The notes under the pieces: model-generated
Seen by the model: only the letters and a program-made list of their open reading frames with translations
What the model was told of the DNA's origin: nothing
The model's database searches: none
Position numbers and translations under genes: made by a program
DNA from: Bacteroidota bacterium
GTDB taxonomy: Bacteria > Bacteroidota > Bacteroidia > Bacteroidales > FEN-979
Direction of reading: 5' to 3'
Assembly: GCA_026391795.1 (NCBI GenBank)
Contig: JAPLDI010000023.1
Location: 66,269-130,268, forward strand
Length of the DNA: 64,000 nt
In this document: positions 38,771-48,561 of the stretch, in pieces
Numbering within the stretch: position 1 is the first letter of the stretch
Layout: the number at the start of each line of letters is the position of its first letter

Positions 38771-40900
38771 TTAGCCCTTTACCATTCCCAGGTCAAGCAG
38801 CACGATGGAACCTTTGAGATACATTCTTCCGGGGCTGATCGATTGCCTGATCACATTGCCTTTTCCGTTCAGCACCACCTTTAGTCCCATTTGTTCAAGC
38901 AGGAAAACGGCATCTTTCACCCCCATGCCGGTCACATCGGGCATGGTTCCCTGGTAGTGGCTGGAGGGAAGCAGCATCACCAGCGAATTGTTGGAAACCG
39001 GCACTGCCCACTCAGCTGCAGGGTTCACAGGTTTAGCTTTGATGTTGAGCCATGCATAGGCCTCTTCCAGGTCTTTCTGCACACCTGCATTTGCACCGGG
39101 TATCAGGTGCCCGGTTGTATCGGACGGGGGAGGGTTGCTGATATCATGAAGGCTGGCAAAGAGCCGGTCGGCAATCTCCTTGAAGACCGGGGCCGCAACG
39201 GCGCCTCCGTAATATTTTCCACGGGATGGATTGTTGATGACTACGATGATGGAGTACCTGGGATTGTCGGCCGGGAAATACCCCACAAAAGATCCTTTGT
39301 ATTTGATTGCCTTTGTTCCCTGCCCGTAACCCTTATTATTCAGGGCGACCTGGGCGGTGCCTGTTTTTCCGGCAACGCGGTAATGCGGGTTTTTCAGTGA
39401 AGTCCCGGTTCCCCTTTCCACAACTCCTTCGAGGAGCGACCTGGCTTTTTCAATGGTGGCGGGAGAAACGATATGCGGATTGATGACCACCGGCTGGAAG
39501 GACTGGACAACCTGTCCGTTTTTCCGTATCTCCCTTACAAAAAGCGGTTTCACCATCACTCCTTTGTTTGCAACGGCATTGTATAAGGTCAGTGTTTGCA
39601 GGGGGGTAATCGCAACTTCATACCCGATTGACATCCAGGGAAGGGAAACAGCTGACCACCATTTGCTTTTGGTATTCTTGATGTAAGGCCTGCCTTCACC
39701 GGCTATCTGAAGGTTCTGCGGAAGGTTGATCGACATCCGGTAAAGCCCGTCAATGTATTTCTGAGGATCATTAGCATAACCATTATAAATGAGCTTGGAG
39801 GTCCCGACATTGGAGGATTTTTCAAATACCTGGCGGGCAAGAAGGGTTCCTGTGAGCTTGTGGGCATCGGTCATCTGTCTTCCATGGTAGTTCATGACCC
39901 CGTTTCCCAGGTTCACCGGCTGGTCCAAAGTGATCTTTCCGTCTTCCAGCCCTACCAGAAATGAAGCCAGCTTAAATGTTGATCCGGGTTCAGAGCTTTC
40001 TGAAATGGCATAATTCAGCACCTCTTCATAGCCACCTTTGGAACTTTTTCCCAGGTTGACGATCGCTTTGATAAAACCGGTATTGACTTCCATCACGATC
40101 ACACAGCCATGATCGGCGCTGTCGGCAATCAGTTCTTTCCGTAATGCGGATTCAGCCAGGTCCTGCAGGTTGATATCCAGGGTTGTGATGATATCATCCC
40201 CGTTCTGGGGCTCCACTTCATTTTCGATGTCTACAGGCATCCAGGCTGCATTGCCGATCCGGCGCATCAGTCTTTTGCCCCCCGTACCCTGGAGATTATT
40301 GCTGAAAGAACCTTCCAGTCCGACATACACTTTCGTGGCGGCCTCTGTGTTCTCATACCCAATGGTCCGACAGGCCAGGTTTTTAAAAGGAAGTTCGCGA
40401 AGGAATTGCGGAATTACGATCATTCCGCCTTTATAGGTCCCCAGTTTGAGAATCGGAAATTTCCGCATCTGCCTGAGTTCAGGATAGGTGACGTCATGGT
40501 GGATCAGCATGTAACGGTCACCGTTCCGCCGTGCCTCCCACAGGGAGTTTTTATACTCGGATGGTTTTTTGTCTTTGAAGAGATTGGAAAGCTGGATTGC
40601 TAGTGAATCGACATTCTTCCGGAACAGGTCATCGGTGATGAGGTCGGAGCTGATGTCCATCCTGACATCAAAAATGGGAATGGATGTCGCGAGAAGTGTC
40701 CCGTCATCGGCACAGATATTACCGCGGATCGCCTCCACAGGGAAGAACCGCATCTCCTGTTTCCGGGCTTTCTCCATCAGTTCCTTCCCTTCTGTTGAAC
40801 GGATATAGACAGCCTTCCCGATGATCGCCAGTCCGAAGATCAGGATCCCGAAATAGACGACATACACGCGCAACAAGATGTCTTTCTTAATCTCTTTCAT
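38771..40900 (-). CDS. ftsI: Class B penicillin-binding protein FtsI with C-terminal PASTA domain
   Basis: 709 aa. SxxK (GSTFKL), SSN (KSSNVG), KTGT (AGKTGTA), and a PASTA-like MPDVTGMGVKDAVFLLEQMGLKV. Confidence 0.93.
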   Translation of the reverse strand: MKEIKKDILLRVYVVYFGILIFGLAIIGKAVYIRSTEGKELMEKARKQEMRFFPVEAIRGNICADDGTLLATSIPIFDVRMDISSDLITDDLFRKNVDSLAIQLSNLFKDKKPSEYKNSLWEARRNGDRYMLIHHDVTYPELRQMRKFPILKLGTYKGGMIVIPQFLRELPFKNLACRTIGYENTEAATKVYVGLEGSFSNNLQGTGGKRLMRRIGNAAWMPVDIENEVEPQNGDDIITTLDINLQDLAESALRKELIADSADHGCVIVMEVNTGFIKAIVNLGKSSKGGYEEVLNYAISESSEPGSTFKLASFLVGLEDGKITLDQPVNLGNGVMNYHGRQMTDAHKLTGTLLARQVFEKSSNVGTSKLIYNGYANDPQKYIDGLYRMSINLPQNLQIAGEGRPYIKNTKSKWWSAVSLPWMSIGYEVAITPLQTLTLYNAVANKGVMVKPLFVREIRKNGQVVQSFQPVVINPHIVSPATIEKARSLLEGVVERGTGTSLKNPHYRVAGKTGTAQVALNNKGYGQGTKAIKYKGSFVGYFPADNPRYSIIVVINNPSRGKYYGGAVAAPVFKEIADRLFASLHDISNPPPSDTTGHLIPGANAGVQKDLEEAYAWLNIKAKPVNPAAEWAVPVSNNSLVMLLPSSHYQGTMPDVTGMGVKDAVFLLEQMGLKVVLNGKGNVIRQSISPGRMYLKGSIVLLDLGMVKG

Positions 40901-41325
40901 GGATTCTTATGGAGCGTATCCGTTGTTTTTTTTAAAAGGGCCTTCGAATAAAAGATCTTAAAAGGAGGAGTGGTGGTTCCTTTGATTCCCAGCTGTTCAA
41001 CCTTTTTCGCGATCTCGGTTTGCTTGCCTACATCCAGCATCCTTGCCTTTGCTGTGATTGACCGGTACCGCAATTCCTTCAGTTCGTTTTTCGTTTTCTC
41101 AATTTCCTTGAATGTCTTTTCCGAGTAATACGTATTGCCGATGTAAAGAAGGGCAAGGATCGCAAGGAACACCAGGAAGGGCAGGTTGTCGAGCACGGCA
41201 CTCTTTGAAAGCACATCGCCGCCGATCACGTCATGGATTCCGCGGGTCATCTTTCCGGCTTTTTTTACCGGCCTGATTTCTTCCTTCGGCGGATCCTGGG
41301 TTGTATTTTTCTGTTCCTCGTCCAT
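40897..41325 (-). CDS. ftsL: FtsL-like cell division protein
   Basis: 142 aa. Single TM helix plus coiled coil. Position between rsmH and ftsI, with an ATGA overlap with ftsI. Confidence 0.7.
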   Translation of the reverse strand: MDEEQKNTTQDPPKEEIRPVKKAGKMTRGIHDVIGGDVLSKSAVLDNLPFLVFLAILALLYIGNTYYSEKTFKEIEKTKNELKELRYRSITAKARMLDVGKQTEIAKKVEQLGIKGTTTPPFKIFYSKALLKKTTDTLHKNP

Positions 41326-41328
41326 CCG

Positions 41329-42222
41329 TCAGATTTTTTCAGCAATGCGTAAACGGGCACTTCTTGCCCTGCTGTTTATTCCGGTCTCTTTCTCATCCGG
41401 TACGATCGGTTTCCGGTTGATGACTGAAAAGGGTACAATGGGGTTTCCGTAAAAATCCTTCTCAACAGTTCCATTAAAATTGCCCGAGCGGAAATAGTCT
41501 TTCACCAGTTTGTCTTCCAGGGAATGATAAGAGATCACAACAAGCCGGCCACCCTGTTTCAGAACATCCGTTGCCTGGATGAGGAATTCTTTGAGTGCTT
41601 CCAGCTCCTGGTTCACTTCAATCCGCAGTGACTGGAAGACTTGTGCAAAAAACTTGTTCTCTTTCCCCCTTTCAGCTGCCGGCATCAGCGCTTCTTTTAA
41701 TTCTGTTGTCGTGTTGACCGGGTTCAGCTTCCTGGCCGTGACGATGAGCCTGGCAATCTTGCCCGCATTGCGCAGGTCACCGTACTCGCGGAAAATCCTT
41801 ATCAGTTTTTCTTCTGAATACCCGTTCACGACATCTTTGGCTGATATCTTCTTATCGCGGTTCATCCTCATATCCAGTTCACCTTCAAAGCGTGTTGAGA
41901 ATCCCCGTTCAGGGTGATCGATCTGGTATGATGAAATGCCCAGGTCGGCAAGGATCCCGTCGACCGGAACGGTTTTATAGAGTTTCAGAAAGTTTCGTAA
42001 ATACCTGAAGTTGTTATGGATCAGGATCAGGCGATCATCATCGATCCTGTTTTTCAGGGCATCTTCATCCTGATCGAAGGCAAATAGTTTTCCTTTTTTC
42101 AGTTCGTTCAGGATAGCCTTTGCGTGTCCCCCTCCTCCAAAGGTTGCATCGACATAGATTCCACCCGGCTTTATGGCAAGGGCATTGATGCTTTCCTTAA
42201 GGAGCACACTTTTATGAAACAT
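41329..42222 (-). CDS. rsmH: 16S rRNA (cytosine1402-N4)-methyltransferase
   Basis: 297 aa. HKSVLLKE, DATFGGGGHA, DLGISSYQ. Confidence 0.95.
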   Translation of the reverse strand: MFHKSVLLKESINALAIKPGGIYVDATFGGGGHAKAILNELKKGKLFAFDQDEDALKNRIDDDRLILIHNNFRYLRNFLKLYKTVPVDGILADLGISSYQIDHPERGFSTRFEGELDMRMNRDKKISAKDVVNGYSEEKLIRIFREYGDLRNAGKIARLIVTARKLNPVNTTTELKEALMPAAERGKENKFFAQVFQSLRIEVNQELEALKEFLIQATDVLKQGGRLVVISYHSLEDKLVKDYFRSGNFNGTVEKDFYGNPIVPFSVINRKPIVPDEKETGINSRARSARLRIAEKI

Positions 42223-42688
42223 TTTCCGGATCTTCTGTTTTTTGGTGTTTCCCCATTACTTTTTCCGCCAGGCCGGCATATTCTTCGTCCGACATTTTAA
42301 GATGCTGCTCATATTCCTCTTTTGCCCATACTTCGATACGGTTGGAGAATGCAGATAGGATCAGATCTTTCTGAATCCTGGCATATTCCAATAAAGTCTT
42401 GGGGATAAGGACACGGTTGCTGGCGTCAAGCTGAAGTTCAGTTGCCCCTCTGTTGAAATTCCGGGCAAAAATCCGGTGATCTTTAACAAAAAGATTTAAC
42501 TGGTTTACATCCTTGCTGACCTCTTTCCATTCACTCATCGGGTACATGGTCAGGCAGTTCTCAAATCCACGGTTGATGACAAACTTTTCCTGGGATTCCG
42601 GCGGCAGCTGCTTCTTCAGTCCGGCAGGAAGGATGATGCGTCCTTTGTCGTCGATGCGGCATTCATACTCACCATGGAGGATCGTCAT
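42212..42688 (-). CDS. mraZ: Transcriptional regulator MraZ
   Basis: Start set at ATG 42688 (MTILHGEYECRIDDKGRIILP). Second SpoVT/AbrB-like repeat DASNRVLIPK. Confidence 0.92.
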   Translation of the reverse strand: MTILHGEYECRIDDKGRIILPAGLKKQLPPESQEKFVINRGFENCLTMYPMSEWKEVSKDVNQLNLFVKDHRIFARNFNRGATELQLDASNRVLIPKTLLEYARIQKDLILSAFSNRIEVWAKEEYEQHLKMSDEEYAGLAEKVMGKHQKTEDPENVS

Positions 42689-42725
42689 AGCAGGGGGTAA
42701 ATTTGAAGGTGTAAATATATAAGAA

Positions 42726-42752
42726 TCCCCACAATTCCCCACTGGTCCCCAC
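42726..42752 (-). promoter_or_regulatory. MraZ operator: three direct GTGGGGA repeats at exact 10-nt spacing
   Basis: tccccac occurs at 42726, 42736 and 42746 (plus strand), 38 nt upstream of mraZ. This matches the TGGGN-N5 triple-repeat architecture described for E. coli MraZ. Confidence 0.8.
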
Positions 42753-42862
42753 TGACATTTTTAAGAATTGTTAATAACTTTTTTGGAAAAATGAGCAAGT
42801 GGCTCATTATCCGCATCTTGAAAAAGAAAGGAAATTTGAAATGCTGATAAGTCAAGGGGATG

Positions 42863-45136
42863 TCAGCGGATCACTATGATTTTGGTAGTGAAAGGATTGA
42901 CTGACGAAGAATGGGAAAGTGGGGAAATGATCAGGAAATATACGCTCTCCGGGAGTCCGGCTACTGATATTGATACCGGATTGGCGGCAGAAAAAACAGT
43001 TTGAAATACAGGCTGACCAAGCGAGTTATAAAGGAGAGCCCGGAAATTTCCGGAAACGGGATTCTGCAAAGACCGGATGAATACAGTCTCACTGGCAGGA
43101 TTTGGATATACGAGAAACGGATGAACCGGAGAGAGGCCTTTTTCTTCGGTTGAAGAATATACAGCAGGATCTGCCTTATGACTGAAATAATTCAATCCTC
43201 CCGAGAAATTTCCTACAATGAGGTCCATAAACCCGGGGGCCTGAAGGGGTGCAAGGGTTGCTGCAGAACGGTACCCGAATGAAGGCGAATCGGCCCGGGT
43301 AAACACTCCGTCGAGGTTGCCGTCGATGTTTATATAGAAATGAACTTTACCTTCCTCACAACCAACTGCCAGGGCCGTTTTACCGGAAGGATCCTTAAAA
43401 AAGAATGGCGTGCTGAAACCGTCGTAGGAGATCAGGGGATTGGTGACGGATACTTTCCCAAGACTGTCAGTCACATGCGTAAAGACAGGTGAACCAGGGG
43501 TTCCCGTATTGCGATAATAATGAAGGGTTCCTTTTTGGTTGCCGGTAACAAGATCGGTCAGGCCGTCGCCATCGAGGTCAAACAACTGCGGTGTACTGAA
43601 ACTTCCTGCTTTGATATTCTGGTAATTCGTTTGTGCAGGTCCGAATACCGGCTCATTGCCCGCTCCTGCGGTATTCTGAAAATAGGTAATGGACCCGTTG
43701 GCATTCCCCGTGATCATGTCCTGGTCTCCATCTCCGTCGAGGTCGGCAAAAGAGGGGTAGAATGCAACTCCTTTCAGCCTGGAAAGACCTGCAAAATCAT
43801 CGGTTATAAGATGAAAGACGGGATTATCCTGCTGTCCCGTGTTCTTATAATAGGAGATCTTCGAAATAAATGTTGATTTCAGAGTTCCCTGGTAATAGTA
43901 GGAAGAATCGTACTCGCCATAACCGCCGATGAGAAGATCTGACAGGCCGTCACCATTTACATCGGTCACGACCGGGTAGGCACTGGTTCCGATATCGATC
44001 ATCTCATTCTGAAAAAAATGATCGGTCCGGAATTGAAAGACGGGATTCACATTCGTTCCGGTATTTTTATAAAACCAGCAACTCCTTTTATTTTCCGACA
44101 CATAGAGTGAAGGGTCAAAGGGAGAGACCACAAGGTCGCGGATCCCGTCATTGTCCAGATCGAGAAAAGAACAGGAAGGGAAGGAAAAAAGCTTGACAGG
44201 AAAGGGATTTCCCGGGAAGGCGCTGTCCTGGCTGACCATGTGAGCAGAATCAACGGTTCCTCCGTTTAATAGGTCAACAAGGTTCGGGAAATCAACATCC
44301 CCGACCACAAGATCGCTCAACCCGTTGCCGTCAAGATCGGTTGCCAGCAAGGTTGAACCTGTATGTTTCGGTGGGAGGGTCCTGCAGGATAATTCAGCCA
44401 TTCCTGAATATTTATAAGGACACTGGATGTTCAGTGTGATCTTGTTTCCACCTTCACTTTCCTTGAAATCTCCCCAGCATTTATCCGAGAGACGGTAATC
44501 GAGGCTGTCGCAGTTTCCGTATTTTTCAACCGAAAAGTTTTTGTGGTATTCCACATAAGAGCCCAGGCCGAAGAAGGTGAGTAGGTCGAGATCACCGTCA
44601 CGATCAATATCGGCAATGGCAGGGTAATCAACCGGTGTGAGGAGGATCCCAACCTTCCCGGTATAATAATAGGAGGTCAGCAGGTTGGTGATCAACTCAA
44701 ATTTAAGTGAGGTGTCGCTGACATTTTTGAAGACCCTGATCCCCCCAAGGGAATAGGTGAAGATGTCCTGCTTTCCGTCGCAGTTGTAATCAGCAAAGAT
44801 TACCCAGTCGTGGAGATCCGGGAAGAGTGAAGCAAATTCAGGATGCCAGGAGTACCTTATTTCTCCCGCCTGTCCCTCGTTGATGAAAGGCAGTATCCGG
44901 TTTCCGAAACGGTCGAAAATTACCAGGTCGGGTTTGCCGTCAAGGTTGATGTCGACAGCCCCGAACTGGCACGAATTCATTCCGCCGGCCCAGGGGTACT
45001 GCAGCTGAATTTCCGGCCCTTGCTGCGCCGAAACCGGCAGAACACAACCGGGTATCATGGACAGGAAAAACAGGCAGCAGGCTGCAATCTGAGCAGCTTT
45101 TCTGTTGTTTCCCGCTGATGAACCGGATCCTCCCAT
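42863..45136 (-). CDS. FG-GAP/VCBS repeat protein with T9SS C-terminal sorting domain
   Basis: 757 aa. Signal peptide, many DxDGDGxxD(L/I) repeats, and C-terminal VYPNPASETVFI...YNSLGQPVF...VYFLII. A TACTTTTG motif at 45141-45148 would make the mRNA nearly leaderless. Confidence 0.85.
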   Translation of the reverse strand: MGGSGSSAGNNRKAAQIAACCLFFLSMIPGCVLPVSAQQGPEIQLQYPWAGGMNSCQFGAVDINLDGKPDLVIFDRFGNRILPFINEGQAGEIRYSWHPEFASLFPDLHDWVIFADYNCDGKQDIFTYSLGGIRVFKNVSDTSLKFELITNLLTSYYYTGKVGILLTPVDYPAIADIDRDGDLDLLTFFGLGSYVEYHKNFSVEKYGNCDSLDYRLSDKCWGDFKESEGGNKITLNIQCPYKYSGMAELSCRTLPPKHTGSTLLATDLDGNGLSDLVVGDVDFPNLVDLLNGGTVDSAHMVSQDSAFPGNPFPVKLFSFPSCSFLDLDNDGIRDLVVSPFDPSLYVSENKRSCWFYKNTGTNVNPVFQFRTDHFFQNEMIDIGTSAYPVVTDVNGDGLSDLLIGGYGEYDSSYYYQGTLKSTFISKISYYKNTGQQDNPVFHLITDDFAGLSRLKGVAFYPSFADLDGDGDQDMITGNANGSITYFQNTAGAGNEPVFGPAQTNYQNIKAGSFSTPQLFDLDGDGLTDLVTGNQKGTLHYYRNTGTPGSPVFTHVTDSLGKVSVTNPLISYDGFSTPFFFKDPSGKTALAVGCEEGKVHFYINIDGNLDGVFTRADSPSFGYRSAATLAPLQAPGFMDLIVGNFSGGLNYFSHKADPAVYSSTEEKGLSPVHPFLVYPNPASETVFIRSLQNPVSGNFRALLYNSLGQPVFQTVFSAANPVSISVAGLPESVYFLIISPLSHSSSVNPFTTKIIVIR

Positions 45137-45161
45137 ATGACAAAAGTATCCAAACTTTATT

Positions 45162-45169
45162 TATCTTTG
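45162..45169 (+). promoter_or_regulatory. -7 promoter motif TATCTTTG
   Basis: Matches TAnnTTTG 18 nt upstream of ATG 45188. Confidence 0.4.
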
Positions 45170-45187
45170 AACAAATAATCAGATGCC

Positions 45188-46348
45188 ATGTCAAGGATTC
45201 TAGTGATCGATGATGAAAAGAGTATCCGGAATACACTTCGAGAAATCCTTCAGTATGAAAAATATGAAGTTGATGATGCCGGTGACGGCCCAAACGGTCT
45301 GAGACTTCTCGAAACAAACCGGTACAACGCGATCCTGTGTGATATAAAAATGCCGCAGATGGATGGCATTGAAGTTCTTGAAAAGATCATTCAGAAATCG
45401 GATATTCCCGTCATCATGATCTCGGGACACGGAACCATCGACACTGCGGTAGAAGCGATCAAAAAAGGTGCCTTTGATTACATAGCCAAACCTCTTGATC
45501 TGAATAGATTGCTGATCACCATCCGGAATGCCCTTGAAAAATCGAAGCTGGTGGATGAGGCAAAATTTCTGAAGAATAAGATCAACGGGGTGCATGAAAT
45601 GATCGGAGCTTCGGAAGAGATCTTGAAAGTGAAAGATCTCATCGCCAGGGTAGCACCTACTGATGCGCGTGTCCTGATCACCGGTGAAAGCGGTACGGGA
45701 AAAGAACTTGTGGCACGCTGGCTTCACGCACTGAGCAACCGTTCAGAGCAACCTTTCATCGAAGTCAACTGTGCGGCCATCCCTTCCGAACTTATCGAAA
45801 GCAACCTTTTTGGCCATGAAAAAGGTTCTTTTACTTCCGCCATCCGGCAAAAAAAAGGGGATTTCGAGCTGGCAACCGGGGGTACACTTTTCCTGGACGA
45901 GATTGGCGATATGAGTCTGTCGGCTCAGGCAAAAGTACTCAGGGCCCTGCAGGAGAACAAGATCACCCGGGTGGGAGGGGAGAAGGAAATACCGGTCGAT
46001 GTCAGGGTGATTGCCGCCACCAATAAAAATATCAAGGAGGAAATTGAAAACAAAAATTTCCGGGAAGATCTTTATCACCGGCTGAGTGTGATCCTCATCG
46101 ATGTCCCTCCCCTTTCAAAGCGGCTGGACGATATCCCGTTGCTGACAAAACAGTTCATTGCCGAGATCTGCGAGCACCAGGGAAAAGCTCCGCTGACGGT
46201 CATGGAAGAGGCCTTTGAGGAGCTGATGCAAATCAAATGGACCGGAAATATCCGCGAGCTTCGGAATGTGGTCGAACGGCTGGTCATCCTCTGTGACGGA
46301 AAGATAACAAGGGAGGATGTCAGGAAGTATTCGATGTCATTGTATTAG
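45188..46348 (+). CDS. Sigma-54-dependent response regulator (REC + AAA+), no C-terminal HTH
   Basis: 386 aa. ILVIDDE..D..MPQMDG, GESGTGKE, GHEKGSFTSA (a GAFTGA variant), GNIRELRN. It ends 22 aa after the AAA+ domain. Confidence 0.85.
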   Translation: MSRILVIDDEKSIRNTLREILQYEKYEVDDAGDGPNGLRLLETNRYNAILCDIKMPQMDGIEVLEKIIQKSDIPVIMISGHGTIDTAVEAIKKGAFDYIAKPLDLNRLLITIRNALEKSKLVDEAKFLKNKINGVHEMIGASEEILKVKDLIARVAPTDARVLITGESGTGKELVARWLHALSNRSEQPFIEVNCAAIPSELIESNLFGHEKGSFTSAIRQKKGDFELATGGTLFLDEIGDMSLSAQAKVLRALQENKITRVGGEKEIPVDVRVIAATNKNIKEEIENKNFREDLYHRLSVILIDVPPLSKRLDDIPLLTKQFIAEICEHQGKAPLTVMEEAFEELMQIKWTGNIRELRNVVERLVILCDGKITREDVRKYSMSLY

Positions 46349-46387
46349 TTCTGAAAGAAGAATTCACACCTTCATAGTTCCGGTCAG

Positions 46388-46981
46388 ATGCCTGATAAAT
46401 CAAAACCAGCTCATGCCTTAAAGACCATCCATCTGAAAAACATGATATGCAATTGCTGCATTCATCTGGTAAGGAAAGAGCTTTCGGTTGAGGGTATAGA
46501 GATTCACGATGTGAAGCTGGGAAGCATCATCCTCTCGCACGATCCCAAAAAAATAACCTGGAAAAAGATAGAGTCCATGCTGGAGGTCCTGGGGTTTGAG
46601 ATCATCCGCGACAGGGAAAAGGCCCTTGTTGAACAGATCAAACTGGCCGTTATCGAGTTGGTCCATAACTCGACATACAACGCGATGGTGCGAAATTCGG
46701 ACTACCTGGTGGAGCGGTTCGGGATGTCGTATCCTTATATCTCAGCGCTCTTTTCAAAACACGAAAACACAACCCTGGAGAAGCTGATCATCTCCAATAA
46801 AATTGAAAAAGTAAAAGAACTGATCGAATACGGGGAACTTACCCTCAGTGAGATCGCCTATATGATGGGCTACAGCAGTGTCCAGTATCTTTCCACCCAG
46901 TTCAAATCGGTAACCGGAGTTTCCGTGACCGATTACAAGGCAAATCCATTCCCGGAACGGAAAGGGATTGACCGGATCTGA
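46388..46981 (+). CDS. AraC-type HTH protein with N-terminal HMA-like domain
   Basis: 197 aa. IHLKNMICNCCIHLV (MxCxxC-like) followed by an AraC HTH (LSEIAYMMGYSSVQYLSTQFK). Confidence 0.7.
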   Translation: MPDKSKPAHALKTIHLKNMICNCCIHLVRKELSVEGIEIHDVKLGSIILSHDPKKITWKKIESMLEVLGFEIIRDREKALVEQIKLAVIELVHNSTYNAMVRNSDYLVERFGMSYPYISALFSKHENTTLEKLIISNKIEKVKELIEYGELTLSEIAYMMGYSSVQYLSTQFKSVTGVSVTDYKANPFPERKGIDRI

Positions 46982-47044
46982 TTTTTATTGCCGGGCGACC
47001 GCAGGAACTTTTTTCAGAAGGCATCTCAATACTAAACGTACAAA

Positions 47045-47623
47045 ATGAGCGAGGCATCTTTGTTGATGAAACTCAGAGAGGGAGACGAACGGAGTTTCCG
47101 GGAACTGACCAACCTCTATCACGACCGTGTCTACAACACATCACTCGGATTGCTGCAGCATATTGAAAATGCAGAAGATGTGACACAGGAGGTTTTTGTT
47201 GAGGTGTTTCGTTCAGTTTCCGGGTTCAAAGCGGAATGTAAGCTTTCAACCTGGATTTACCGGATCACGGTACAAAAATCGCTCGAGCATATCCGCAGCA
47301 GCCGCAGAAAAAAACGTAGCGGCATTCTTATGAGTCTCTTCGGGAAGGAAGACCGGGTGAACATCCCCGGTGATAACTCCTTTTATCACCCTGGCATCCG
47401 GCTTGAAAATAAAGAGAAGTCCGCCATTCTTTTTGGTGCCATTGCCAAACTTCCCCTGAACCAGCGAACAGCTTTTACGCTTCACAAGGTGGAAGGACTC
47501 TCCCATGCAGAAATAGCGGACATCCTGAAAACTTCAGTTTCGTCGGTCGAATCGCTCATTTTCCGTGCCCGTCAGAACTTACGTTCCCTGCTTGCCGGTT
47601 ATTATGAAAAAAATCTGCGATGA
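47045..47623 (+). CDS. ECF (group IV) RNA polymerase sigma factor
   Basis: 192 aa. Region 2 (DVTQEVFVEVF, WIYRI) and region 4 (LSHAEIADILKTSVSSVESLIFRAR). Confidence 0.88.
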   Translation: MSEASLLMKLREGDERSFRELTNLYHDRVYNTSLGLLQHIENAEDVTQEVFVEVFRSVSGFKAECKLSTWIYRITVQKSLEHIRSSRRKKRSGILMSLFGKEDRVNIPGDNSFYHPGIRLENKEKSAILFGAIAKLPLNQRTAFTLHKVEGLSHAEIADILKTSVSSVESLIFRARQNLRSLLAGYYEKNLR

Positions 47624-47658
47624 CCGCAAGTTCTATAATCATATAACATCAAAATGTC

Positions 47659-47955
47659 ATGCAAACAAAAGAAACATGGATTGAGGAAACAATGGAGTCC
47701 CTGAACGGGATAATCCCGGCAGAAGGCGATCCATTGCTCCGGGAAAGGGTGCTGAGGCAGATGGCACAGGGAGAGCCAGAACCCATCAGGATCCGGTCCG
47801 CACTCATCTGGAAAATTGCAGCTTGTGCTGCCCTCCTTGTCAGCATTAACTTTTTTACCTGGTTCCATCATAACGGTTCAGCATCAAAAGACCAGCGGAC
47901 GATCAAATCAGTTGCTACTGAATATTTTTCGTACATCGATTCCTACAACCTCTGA
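47659..47955 (+). CDS. Small single-pass membrane protein, possible anti-sigma partner
   Basis: 98 aa with a central TM helix (IWKIAACAALLVSINFF). The call rests on its position after the ECF sigma gene. No ZAS motif. Confidence 0.35.
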   Translation: MQTKETWIEETMESLNGIIPAEGDPLLRERVLRQMAQGEPEPIRIRSALIWKIAACAALLVSINFFTWFHHNGSASKDQRTIKSVATEYFSYIDSYNL

Positions 47956-47958
47956 AAA

Positions 47959-48492
47959 ATGAAAAAAACTACCATATACCAGATCATCATCCTCGTCCTG
48001 ATTGTTATCAATCTCGGATCCATGACCTTTATCTGGTTCCGGGATTCAGGACAGGAAGAGCGGCGGAAAGTTTCTTCCACACCGGAAATCCTGATCCGCA
48101 AATTGAATTTGTCAGCATCCCAGCGGGACGCATATTTTCTTCTGCGGAAGGAGCACCAGGAAACCCTGAGGATACTTGAAAGGAATGACAGGATCCTTCA
48201 CCGGCGGTTTTTCGACCTGCTCCTTCTGCCTGTTCTTGATCCGGCCAGGATAAATGCACTGGCTGACTCCATTGCTGCCAACCGGAAAAAAATGGAACTG
48301 GTGACCTATGAACATTTTTCAAAGATCTTCGACCTCCTGGACCGGCAGCAGCAAAAAAAATTCAGTCTTATTTTTCATGAAGTCTTGCGACAGGTGCTGC
48401 CTCCACCGCCTCCGCCACCACCACCACCTCCTCCTCCTCCTGCAGGTGTTCCACCGCCACCGCCGCCACCGCCGCCCGCGGGAACCCGCTAA
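47959..48492 (+). CDS. Spy/CpxP-like (LTxxQ) periplasmic protein, membrane anchored, polyproline C-terminus
   Basis: 177 aa. LSASQRDAYFLLRKEHQ, and a C-terminal P14-AGV-P9 by my codon count. Confidence 0.55.
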   Translation: MKKTTIYQIIILVLIVINLGSMTFIWFRDSGQEERRKVSSTPEILIRKLNLSASQRDAYFLLRKEHQETLRILERNDRILHRRFFDLLLLPVLDPARINALADSIAANRKKMELVTYEHFSKIFDLLDRQQQKKFSLIFHEVLRQVLPPPPPPPPPPPPPPAGVPPPPPPPPPAGTR

Positions 48493-48561
48493 AAACATTG
48501 TAAATGAACTGAGTTAACATTCGGAAATCCTTAAAAGAAACTGTTTTAAATTCTAAGCACT

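Noticed and set aside
27344-42688. Absence of murF and ddl from the dcw cluster, considered as an anomaly.
   Set aside because: As far as I recall, Bacteroidota dcw clusters normally have exactly this order without murF or ddl. Only the murD truncation is abnormal.
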